From positions 4,352,001-4,416,000 of the forward strand of contig CP181291.1 in assembly GCA_052279835.1 (NCBI GenBank): 64,000 nt of DNA, given 5' to 3'. Shown here in pieces: positions 53,542 to 62,057 of this stretch. Below the pieces are notes generated by a model that was given only the letters and a program-made list of their open reading frames with translations, was not told the origin of the DNA and searched no databases. Position numbers and translations under genes: made by a program. This DNA comes from Microcoleus sp. GTDB taxonomy: Bacteria > Cyanobacteriota > Cyanobacteriia > Cyanobacteriales > Microcoleaceae. Position 1 is the stretch's first letter, and each line of letters starts with the position of its first letter.

Positions 53542-54726
53542 CTAGGAGAAATGAAGCAAATCAACAATATGAGAAATAATACCAATATCTTTCCTGAGTA
53601 AATAATCTAGGCGATCGGCGATCAAACTCAAAATCAAATCATTATAAGTCATGTTATATTCCGCCAAACCAAGAGCAACTAAACTGGTCACATTTTCCGC
53701 AGGGCGTTTCAGATCCGGTTTGGGATTAGCTTCCAAAACATAAAGTTCCCCATGTTCATCGCACCTGACATCAATCCGCACCAAACTATTGAGACTAAAC
53801 TCCCAATAAATTTTTTGGGCTAATTCAATTAACTCCTGCTTTAATTGCGGTTCTTCTGGGCCAATCAACTTTCCGCGATCGGCAGTAATCGTTTTTTTGT
53901 CCATAGAAGTAAAGATTAATTCATCTGATTCCAAAACCCGTTCGATCGTGGAAAAAGCAAAGGGTTTTTGCTGTTTATAAAAACTGCCTTGAGCGTGAGT
54001 AACGTAGCCACAAACAGCAACACAAAACTCTCGTCCCGGTAAATATTTTTCAATCAAAGCAGTATTGTGAGTTGCCTGATGAACAGCAGAAACAGCTTTA
54101 GATAAACCATCAATTGTTTCGACAAAATGAACGTGCAACGAAGCTCGACCGGATACTGGCTTGACGATAAAAGGTCCAGAATAATCACCAAAAGCAACGG
54201 CAAAACGGTCTTGCAATTTTGGTTTCAATATTCCTTGAGAAGGATGCCAAATGATAAACGGAGCAGTTTTGATGCCAACGGATTGCAGTTCGCGTTTAAA
54301 GGCGTGCTTGTTATCTAAAATTGAGCTATTTAAAGGGTTGTGACCAATATAAGGCATTCCCAACATTTCTAACAAAGCGGGAGTGTGACAAACCGGATTG
54401 TATCCCTGAACGCCTCCGGTATTCATCCAGACTAAATGGATATTTTCTGCCTTAAGTTTTTCGGGCAAATTCAGATCATCAGGCATCATAAAAACCTGCT
54501 TGAATCCTACTTCTTTTAAGGAAGTGGCAATTTCTCTGGCTACCACTTCATAACTTTTCCAAGCGCGGGGATTGTGAGTTTTGTAAATCACAGATCCTGG
54601 TTTGTTGCAGTCGCCACCGAATACCACCGCAATCCGCAATTTTGTAAAAAATACTTCCAAATATTCAGGTAGCAGACTAAAGTTGTAAGGTCTGGGATTC
54701 ATACCGATTGATGATGTTGCAACCAT
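53542..54726 (-). CDS. D-Ala-D-Ala-ligase-like ATP-grasp enzyme (non-canonical)
   Basis: IAVVFGG, LEMLGMPYIG, IVKPVSG.AS, LIEKYLPGREF, RIDVR, LEANPKP. Confidence 0.82.
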   Translation of the reverse strand: MVATSSIGMNPRPYNFSLLPEYLEVFFTKLRIAVVFGGDCNKPGSVIYKTHNPRAWKSYEVVAREIATSLKEVGFKQVFMMPDDLNLPEKLKAENIHLVWMNTGGVQGYNPVCHTPALLEMLGMPYIGHNPLNSSILDNKHAFKRELQSVGIKTAPFIIWHPSQGILKPKLQDRFAVAFGDYSGPFIVKPVSGRASLHVHFVETIDGLSKAVSAVHQATHNTALIEKYLPGREFCVAVCGYVTHAQGSFYKQQKPFAFSTIERVLESDELIFTSMDKKTITADRGKLIGPEEPQLKQELIELAQKIYWEFSLNSLVRIDVRCDEHGELYVLEANPKPDLKRPAENVTSLVALGLAEYNMTYNDLILSLIADRLDYLLRKDIGIISHIVDLLHFS

Positions 54727-54752
54727 AATGTCTACTTTCTATTTGTCTAATT

Positions 54753-55835
54753 TTAGGTGTTTTGTTTTATATTTTTTTCCGCAGAATCGCTAGATTTTGC
54801 TATGTATATCCCAGCCAAAACTACAGAAAAAGCCAGCCAGTTAAACAAACTCAAATTTTCGGTAAAGAGTATCCAAGCTAATATAGCAGTAATCACAGGT
54901 TCTAACAGTAGGAAAATAGCCACAAAACCTGATGATAAACGGCCGAGACTGTGAATGAGCAGTCCTTGACCGAAAGCTTGGCAAATCACGGCTAGAGCAA
55001 TTACGGCTAGCCATCCTTGCCAAGAATAAGGGAAAATGCGATCGCCCGCCAGCAACACCAGTGGCAAAATCAAGAGACTGCCAATAAAACAGCGCCACAT
55101 TAATATAGTTGTCGCCGGGAACTTGGTCCGTAAATGTTCTGCTATCAGCAGATTTCCTGCATAGAACATTGCCGATAAAAGAGCAGCCAAATCGCCAGTC
55201 AGATTCTCTCCGGCAGTTTGTAAATCATCAAACCCGATGGCGATAGCCCCCGCCAAAGCTACTGCCATTCCGACTAAAAACCTGCGGTCAAAACGGCGGC
55301 CCAATAGCAGCCAACCTCCCAAAGTTGTAAACAAAGGAGTTAAGTTTCTCAGTACAGTAGAATTAGCGACATTCGTCCTCGTCAGAGACCAAGCCCAAAA
55401 ACCCAAGGAAGCCGAAGAAACTATACCTACCGCGATTAATAGCATCAAATCGCGGTAGGTATAGTTCGATCGCCCTTGAGGTTCTGCATCAGAGATGCGA
55501 CGGCGGGCTTCACCGACGCCATTCCAGACTGCAAACACCAAAGTTGCGATCCACAAACGGTTAAAAACAGTAGCATTAGCACTGATTTCCCCTTCGCTTA
55601 ACCGAATAAAAATGGCAGCAAAAGAGACAGCTAACAGCGCCGCCGACAGCGAAACTATCGCCCACAACTTCCCTTGAGTATCCTTTGGTGTATCGTTGTT
55701 AACATCATCATCCTGGTTTGCCAAAACAAGACTGGTTTTAGGTTGAGGTTTTAAGGCAGGATTTAAACCATTTACCTCTAATTTTTCCTGTTGTAGATCG
55801 ATATTTGTTTCTGGCATTTCCAGTTGTTTTGACAT
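54753..55835 (-). CDS. DMT/EamA family transporter
   Basis: About 10 hydrophobic helices, TNVANSTVL, GDLAAL, LLEPV. Confidence 0.9.
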   Translation of the reverse strand: MSKQLEMPETNIDLQQEKLEVNGLNPALKPQPKTSLVLANQDDDVNNDTPKDTQGKLWAIVSLSAALLAVSFAAIFIRLSEGEISANATVFNRLWIATLVFAVWNGVGEARRRISDAEPQGRSNYTYRDLMLLIAVGIVSSASLGFWAWSLTRTNVANSTVLRNLTPLFTTLGGWLLLGRRFDRRFLVGMAVALAGAIAIGFDDLQTAGENLTGDLAALLSAMFYAGNLLIAEHLRTKFPATTILMWRCFIGSLLILPLVLLAGDRIFPYSWQGWLAVIALAVICQAFGQGLLIHSLGRLSSGFVAIFLLLEPVITAILAWILFTENLSLFNWLAFSVVLAGIYIAKSSDSAEKNIKQNT

Positions 55836-55892
55836 TTTCCTTCTTCCTGGTTCCTTGTTCCTTATTCCTTCTGCTATCACAGCAGTTTCGGA

Positions 55893-56387
55893 TCAAGGTT
55901 TAATAGAAAGTCTTGCAAAAGCATCCTTCAGCAGCGGTGGTAATTGGCGAATAATTTTACCCTTCTCGCCATCTACCGCCACCAAAGTTACCTGGGCTGT
56001 CGCATACAACTCCTCGCCGTCAGCCGAGCGAATTTCGTAGTCCCAAAGCAGCCGGACACCTTCACTAGCAGACATCCGCGTTTTGATGGCTACAGCTTGT
56101 CCCATCTGTGGGGCGCGGTGGTAGCGCACAGAAAGTTCCACCACGGGCAATTCTAAGCCCTGGGCCACCCAATCAGCATACTCAATGCCGATCGATCGCA
56201 AACTTTCGACGCGGGCTTCCTCCATCCAGGTAACATAAGTACCATGCCAAACGGCACCGCTGTAGTCAGTATGGTGAGGGTATACTCGCACCAAATATTC
56301 AAACCAGCCTCCAGATTCCATCGAAGATAGGCTTTGAATAGCGCCCACGGGTGGGAGTTTAGGTTGAGTTCGATCGTTCTCTAACAC
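55893..56387 (-). CDS. Hotdog-fold acyl-CoA thioesterase (YbgC/4HBT family)
   Basis: VRVYPHHTDYSGAVWHGTYVTWMEEAR. Confidence 0.9.
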   Translation of the reverse strand: MLENDRTQPKLPPVGAIQSLSSMESGGWFEYLVRVYPHHTDYSGAVWHGTYVTWMEEARVESLRSIGIEYADWVAQGLELPVVELSVRYHRAPQMGQAVAIKTRMSASEGVRLLWDYEIRSADGEELYATAQVTLVAVDGEKGKIIRQLPPLLKDAFARLSIKP

Positions 56388-56637
56388 TTTACAAATCGTT
56401 CCAAAACGCTACATTTCTACAAATCATAAAGCAAACTTCAAGCTTATGCTTGACTTTAGCAAACTAGATTCCTCAACTCCGACTACCCGAAGGCAGAAGT
56501 GACCTATGCTGAAGGCACAAAGTCAAAATGTTGATATCTGATGTTTTGACTGCATCTGTAACTAACGAGTTCTGCCTTTGGGTGGCGAGTTCCACCTCGT
56601 ACACAAAAACTCAACTTTTTTCCACACAAAAGAAACC

Positions 56638-57489
56638 ATGATAGAAAAAATTTTAGTAGCGGTGGCTGGCCGCGGTCTGTGCGAAGAGATGTTTAATATG
56701 TTGATGGACATCCCTTCCTTGCAACAAACCTCTGTCACTGTCTTGCACGTCGTGCCACCTCAAGTAACATCGGACGGAATGGCCGACAAGTTAGAAGAAG
56801 GAGGCAAGATATTAGCACAAGCGGTTCAATCTTTAAAAATAGACCCTAGCAAAGTCAATCCCCGCCTCAAACAAGGAGACCCAAAAACGATTGTTTGCCA
56901 AGTGGCTGAAGAAGAACAATCTGACTTGGTAATCATGGGTTCGCGGGGGTTTGGCAGACTGCAATCTATTCTGGAAAATTCGGTCAGTCAGTATGTTTTC
57001 CAGCTCACATCCAGACCGATGCTATTAGTAAAAGACGATATTTACGTCAAAAAAATTAAGCGTGTTATGGTGGCGATCGACAAATCGGAATCCGCCAAAC
57101 AATCCTTGGATCTGGCCCTATCTTTAGTCAAGGATATTAATGGCGGACAACTAATTTTAGTCCACGTCACTAAAGATTTGACTGGAAAAGCGACGGAAGA
57201 TGTTACCGCAAGTGCTGAAAAAGACCCCGTATTAGCGCCCGCAGTAGCACTGGCGAAACAAATGGGAGTTAGCTACCGCTGCGTTAGTGCCACAGGCAAG
57301 CCTGGGGAAGCAATTTGTAGGTTTACAGATGAACTGAATGCTGACTTATTAGTAATTGGTTCACCGGATCGCCGTCCTAGTGTTGCCAAGTCCTTTGTCG
57401 ATCTCGATCGACTCCTAGGAAACTCTCTTTCCGACTACGTGCGAGTCTATGCCAATTGTCCCGTATTACTGGCTCGGACGAGAGGCTAA
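56638..57489 (+). CDS. Tandem-domain universal stress protein
   Basis: KILVAV, DLVIMGSRG, second domain VMVAID..LLVIGS..LGNSLSDYV..CPVL. Confidence 0.92.
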   Translation: MIEKILVAVAGRGLCEEMFNMLMDIPSLQQTSVTVLHVVPPQVTSDGMADKLEEGGKILAQAVQSLKIDPSKVNPRLKQGDPKTIVCQVAEEEQSDLVIMGSRGFGRLQSILENSVSQYVFQLTSRPMLLVKDDIYVKKIKRVMVAIDKSESAKQSLDLALSLVKDINGGQLILVHVTKDLTGKATEDVTASAEKDPVLAPAVALAKQMGVSYRCVSATGKPGEAICRFTDELNADLLVIGSPDRRPSVAKSFVDLDRLLGNSLSDYVRVYANCPVLLARTRG

Positions 57490-57512
57490 ATTCAAAATCC
57501 CCAATCTAAAAC

Positions 57513-57631
57513 GGAGCATCCCGATGTTGTAAGGGCGAAGCATGACCGCAGACAATTTAGTAGCTCGCGCCAGAGATTTACAGCGGTCATGCTTCGCCCC
57601 TACGAATATATTTGCAAAACACAGATGCACC
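57513..57631. repeat. MITE/REP-doublet element, sister of 13387-13507
   Basis: GGAGCATCCCGAT..GGGCGAAGCATGACCGC..GCGGTCATGCTTCGCCCCTAC..GATGCACC. Confidence 0.8.
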
Positions 57632-57730
57632 CATCTAAAATCGGTATGAAAAATTAAAAAAGCGCCAAAGCAAAAAGCTATGGGCGCTTTTTTTCTAATA
57701 CACAAAGCTAGACAAAAATAGCAGAAATTA

Positions 57731-57844
57731 CTAATCTTTTCTGCCTTCGCGACTAGCTGTTTGAATGTACAGAATGATTAGAAAAACACTGGGAACCAGT
57801 ACAAATAGAATGGTTGCCACAAACCCTAGATCGTTAACTTCCAT
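57731..57844 (-). CDS. psbM: Photosystem II protein M; not in ORF track
   Basis: Translates [37 protein letters not shown]. Confidence 0.96.
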   Translation of the reverse strand: MEVNDLGFVATILFVLVPSVFLIILYIQTASREGRKD

Positions 57845-58017
57845 GAAGACGCCAGCCTCTATCTAAAAAGTATGAAAATACACACAACTAGGATACCACT
57901 CAAAGGCAGAAGGCAGAGAAGGGGAGAGTGAAGGGGTAGGCACAGAAAGGCACTACCCCTACCCGATCCCTGTTTTTCGGAGAATGAAACAGCCGTGGGC
58001 CTAATTCCCAGTGGCAG

Positions 58018-58314
58018 TTATGGCTTGGTCTTGACGCTCACTGGGCCATTGACCAAAGCTTGACAAGCCAACCGATAGTTTTCGGGCTTTTTCTTGAGCT
58101 TGCGGTTCTCAAAGTCAGTGCGGGGGGAAAGATTTTCACTACCTTCGACAATTTCCACGATGCAAGTGCCACATTGACCGTAGCCTCCGCAATTCATCAT
58201 CTTTCCCGAAAAAGTGTACAAATCGATGCGGTTTTCTAGAGCTTTGAGCCTTAAATTGGCTCCGTCTGCTGCGATGACTTCCTGATTTTCCTTCACAAAC
58301 TTGATATTGCCCAT
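58018..58314 (-). CDS. 2Fe-2S ferredoxin
   Basis: [15 protein letters not shown]. Confidence 0.93.
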   Translation of the reverse strand: MGNIKFVKENQEVIAADGANLRLKALENRIDLYTFSGKMMNCGGYGQCGTCIVEIVEGSENLSPRTDFENRKLKKKPENYRLACQALVNGPVSVKTKP

Positions 58315-58429
58315 TACCGATTCCTTAACGCAGTGACTTGGTTCTCTATTACAAAATATTAACTATTGTATCGGACATTTAATCCCCGATCGCCTATTTT
58401 TCTGTTCGTCCCAGGAAAATGCCCCCAGC

Positions 58430-60286
58430 TCAAGGAGTTCTGGAGAGATTGTTACCAGGAAGATTGCTCACCGCCCGCTGGAGAGACGAAAGCGAGCGGT
58501 TGTAGCCAATAATTGCCAAAAGTCGGTTTCTTTGAGCCCTAGTCAAATCCGTTTCCGCCTGAATCACATCCGTCTGAGTTCCCACACCAGCTTGAAAGCG
58601 CAGTCTGGCCAAACGCAGGGCTTCGATCGACTGGGAAACCCCAGCCTCAGAAGTTGCGATATTCTCAAAACTAGACTCCAAGCCAAAATAAGCTTGTTCC
58701 ACTTCCCGGCGCACCTGGTTGCGGGTTTGATCGAATCTACTTTCGGCGATCGCAATATCAGCATCCCGCTGTTTCACCCTTGCCTTGGCTGCGCCGCCGT
58801 CAAAGATACTCCAAGTCAGACTTGCCTGGATGGCATAGCCGTCCGCCCAGCCGTGAGCGGCAAAGGGGTTAGGGTTCTCAGAGTTTTGCCCCTGCACGTT
58901 GTAACTACCCGAAACATTCAGTTGAGGCAAACGCCCGGCCAAAATCGATCGACGCTGCTGCTTGCTCAGATCCCTCTGTACCAACTGCTGTTCCAACTCA
59001 GCGCGATTTTTAAAAGCCTGCACGATACTTTCTTCTAAAGACAGCCTCCAAGAACCCGCTTGCTCCACCGGGTCCGCCGCCGTCAAGTTCGAGGACTGAC
59101 TGATATTTAAGAGCTCAGACAACTGACGCTGGCGGATGCGCTGATCGCGGCGGGCATTGGCTAGCTGCTGCTGTTCGTTAGCCAAATTTGCCTGGGCCTG
59201 CAAAACGGCAAAGCGAGTTCCTACTCCTGCCCGTTCCAGGGCTTCGGCATCCCGCAAACTTTGTTGAGCATTTCTCACCGATGCTTCGCGAATCGCCACT
59301 TGTCCGTCTGCATCTTGCAGGTTGTAGTAAGCATCAGTCACATCAAAGCGGAGTTGCTCGGTTTGGCGTTCCACTTCCAGTTCTCGCAAGCGCAACTGTT
59401 CCTGGGCCGCGCGGATGTTAGCACTTCGGCGGCCAAACAAATCAACGTCGTAGCTTAACTGCAAAGTGCTGTTGAGACTGTTACTCGCGAAATTTGGGGT
59501 GGCTTGGGCGGCCGGCCGTCCGGTTTGGTTTGCTTGAAAGTTGTTGATTCGCTGCTGACTCCGCACTTGGATTTCTCCACCGGCGCTCAAAGAGCGGGTC
59601 GCGTTCATTTGAAAATTGAGGTCTGGATATAAAGCTGCTTGTTGTTCCCGCACGGCTGCTTGAGTTTGTTGTAATTGCAGTTGAGAAATTTGCAGAGTTT
59701 GGCTGTTGCGACGGGCGAGGTCAACTGCTTGTTGCAAGCTAATGGACTGAGTTTCTTCAATCCTGACATCAAGAGGTTGAGTTGGAAACAACAGCGGATT
59801 GGGGTTGGGTTCCAGGGTTCTGGGAGGCTGGGTTTGTAATATGCCTTTGGGAGTTGGAGGGGGGAAACTTTCGCCCGGAGTATTGCTTGGTGGTGGTGTC
59901 AGGGAACTCGGTACTGGAATGATGTTCGGGTTTTGGGGGGAAGGTACGCCCTGGGCGATCGCAGTTGGTGCTGGTGTGGCACTTTCCACTGCAACTACTG
60001 GTGGAGTTTGGTCAGCATTTTGGGAATTAAAGCCTAGTGGCTGGGGATTAGCTGTCGCCCAGTTGTCCTGAGACTGATTTGAGGGGGAAAGGGCGATCGA
60101 CTCTAATGGTTGTTCTGGCGTTGTTTGCGATTCTAATTTAAGATTCTCTCCCACAGGTAGCTGATTACTTTGGGCCGAATTCTCCGGGGACTGAGCCGCA
60201 GACTGTGCAGCAGCACTGTGTCCCACATTGCCGAAAGTAATTGCAGCACCTACTCCTACTACCACGATTTGACGAAAAACACGCAT
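58430..60286 (-). CDS. tolC: TolC-family outer membrane efflux protein (HgdD-like)
   Basis: Signal peptide and Pro-rich N-terminus, two OEP repeats, AGVGTRFAVL and RFQAGVGTQTDVI. Confidence 0.92.
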   Translation of the reverse strand: MRVFRQIVVVGVGAAITFGNVGHSAAAQSAAQSPENSAQSNQLPVGENLKLESQTTPEQPLESIALSPSNQSQDNWATANPQPLGFNSQNADQTPPVVAVESATPAPTAIAQGVPSPQNPNIIPVPSSLTPPPSNTPGESFPPPTPKGILQTQPPRTLEPNPNPLLFPTQPLDVRIEETQSISLQQAVDLARRNSQTLQISQLQLQQTQAAVREQQAALYPDLNFQMNATRSLSAGGEIQVRSQQRINNFQANQTGRPAAQATPNFASNSLNSTLQLSYDVDLFGRRSANIRAAQEQLRLRELEVERQTEQLRFDVTDAYYNLQDADGQVAIREASVRNAQQSLRDAEALERAGVGTRFAVLQAQANLANEQQQLANARRDQRIRQRQLSELLNISQSSNLTAADPVEQAGSWRLSLEESIVQAFKNRAELEQQLVQRDLSKQQRRSILAGRLPQLNVSGSYNVQGQNSENPNPFAAHGWADGYAIQASLTWSIFDGGAAKARVKQRDADIAIAESRFDQTRNQVRREVEQAYFGLESSFENIATSEAGVSQSIEALRLARLRFQAGVGTQTDVIQAETDLTRAQRNRLLAIIGYNRSLSSLQRAVSNLPGNNLSRTP

Positions 60287-60468
60287 AAATTTTAAATTAT
60301 TCTGCAATTCCAGAGACAATTTTTAAGCAAGACAGAGGTCTCTAATTTCAGTTTAAACTCAGAAGTCCCAGCTTAGAATAAGTGCCGAGGTGAGTACCTG
60401 CAAATTTCCCGATCGGCAAAACTGCTCTCACCATATCTCCATTCTGAAACTCAAAAAAGGTGTTACAC

Positions 60469-61875
60469 CTATTTTGTCTGTTGATTAGTCGATCGCACCT
60501 CAGCATTCACCAGACCGATCGCCACTGAGATTAGTTCCTCAACTCCTGTAACGGGGAAAATCTCCGTTTTCAGGACGCTAGCAAGCTCTAAGACGGTCAT
60601 GTCATCCAAAAAACGCGGTTCCCCTTGTTTTAGCATCACCGAGGGCAGTAAGATGCCATCTCCCAGGTCTTTTCCCTGCAAACCTGCGAGCAAGTCTTGG
60701 CCTGTCAGCAAACCTGTGACAGTAATTTTTTGCCCCCAATAGTCGCTACACAATGCTACCATCTTAACTTCCAAGCCGGGAATTTGATTGAGTCGTTGGG
60801 CGATCGGCTCAAAAGCTTTTTCCACAGCATTTCCGACTACCCAAATCAATTTGCGCGCCGAGTTAACTTGCAGCGGTTGCAGTTTAGCGAAAGCAGTTTC
60901 AAACTGTTGGATAAATTGGCGGATGGAACCCACACCATTACCAATTTGGGGATAATCTGCATAGTCAGAGGCGATCGGCAAATCTAAACCTGCAATTAAA
61001 AACCATTCATCAGCCAGCCAAATACAGCGCGATTTAGAATTCTGCTTTTTCCGTTTCTTTTCTCCTGTCTGTTCGCCACTTAATAATACTTGAATTTTCT
61101 GCACTTGCGCGATTACTTCTCGCGCTTTTTCAGGTGTGACAGCGATTAGTTCATCTTCGGCTGGACGAAACCGAGTTAAACCCACCGGCACCACAGCCAC
61201 CGATGCAACCGTGGGGATATTTCCCCTATGAAACTTTGCCAAATCTAACAAAGTCCGTTCTAAATGTTCGCCGTCATTAATGCCCGGACAAACAACAACT
61301 TGAGCGTGAATTTGTAGGCGACGTTCTTGAAACCATTTGATTTGTTCTAAAATTTTCCCAGCCCGGAGATTTTTCAGCAACCGAATTCGCACTTCTGGTT
61401 CCGTAGCGTGTACGGAAACATAGAGAGGAGAAAGTCGCATTTGTTCGATTCTGTCCCACTCTTTTTGAGTAAGATTTGTGAGAGTGAGATAGCTACCATA
61501 GAGAAAACTTAATCGATAGTCATCATCCTTGAGATAGAGAGTTTCGCGCTTTCCCGGTGGCTGTTGGTCGATGAAGCAGAAAGGACAGCGATTATTGCAC
61601 TGAATCAGTCCATCAAAAAGGGCTGTTTCAAATTCTAAACCTAAATCTTCGTCGTAATCTTTTTCGATTTCTAATTTGTGGATTTTGCCTTTGGTGTCTA
61701 ATACTTCTAGTTCGATAAATTCATCGGCGCACAGGAATTGATAGTCGATTAAATCGCGGGGTTTTTCACCGTTGATGGCAACGATTGAGTCACCGACATC
61801 AAATCCAATTTCGGCGGCGATGCTGTCGGGGATGACTTTGGTGATTCGGGCTGGCTTTGTTGATAATTCGCTCAT
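60469..61875 (-). CDS. PDZ plus radical-SAM-like protein (TIGR03279/DUF512 family)
   Basis: N-terminal PDZ, CNNRCPFCFIDQ, KDDDYRLSFLYG, GNGVG, VTGLLTG. Confidence 0.9.
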   Translation of the reverse strand: MSELSTKPARITKVIPDSIAAEIGFDVGDSIVAINGEKPRDLIDYQFLCADEFIELEVLDTKGKIHKLEIEKDYDEDLGLEFETALFDGLIQCNNRCPFCFIDQQPPGKRETLYLKDDDYRLSFLYGSYLTLTNLTQKEWDRIEQMRLSPLYVSVHATEPEVRIRLLKNLRAGKILEQIKWFQERRLQIHAQVVVCPGINDGEHLERTLLDLAKFHRGNIPTVASVAVVPVGLTRFRPAEDELIAVTPEKAREVIAQVQKIQVLLSGEQTGEKKRKKQNSKSRCIWLADEWFLIAGLDLPIASDYADYPQIGNGVGSIRQFIQQFETAFAKLQPLQVNSARKLIWVVGNAVEKAFEPIAQRLNQIPGLEVKMVALCSDYWGQKITVTGLLTGQDLLAGLQGKDLGDGILLPSVMLKQGEPRFLDDMTVLELASVLKTEIFPVTGVEELISVAIGLVNAEVRSTNQQTK

Positions 61876-62057
61876 AATTTTGCACGGGCTGGTTCAAGTT
61901 TGATAAATTATTTTTGAATTTATTTTTTTATTTTTTATTCTCAAATTTATCACAATTTAACTATTTTGTCAACCGCGCCATGCGGGAAAAAAATAGCCCT
62001 TAGTGAAGCGCGATCGACTGAAAATAGGCCAGCTTTCATCGTCGCCTATAAATTATT

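Noticed and set aside
53542..54726. MysD of mycosporine-like amino acid synthesis
   Set aside because: No mysABC nearby, and the N-terminus does not resemble MysD as I recall it.
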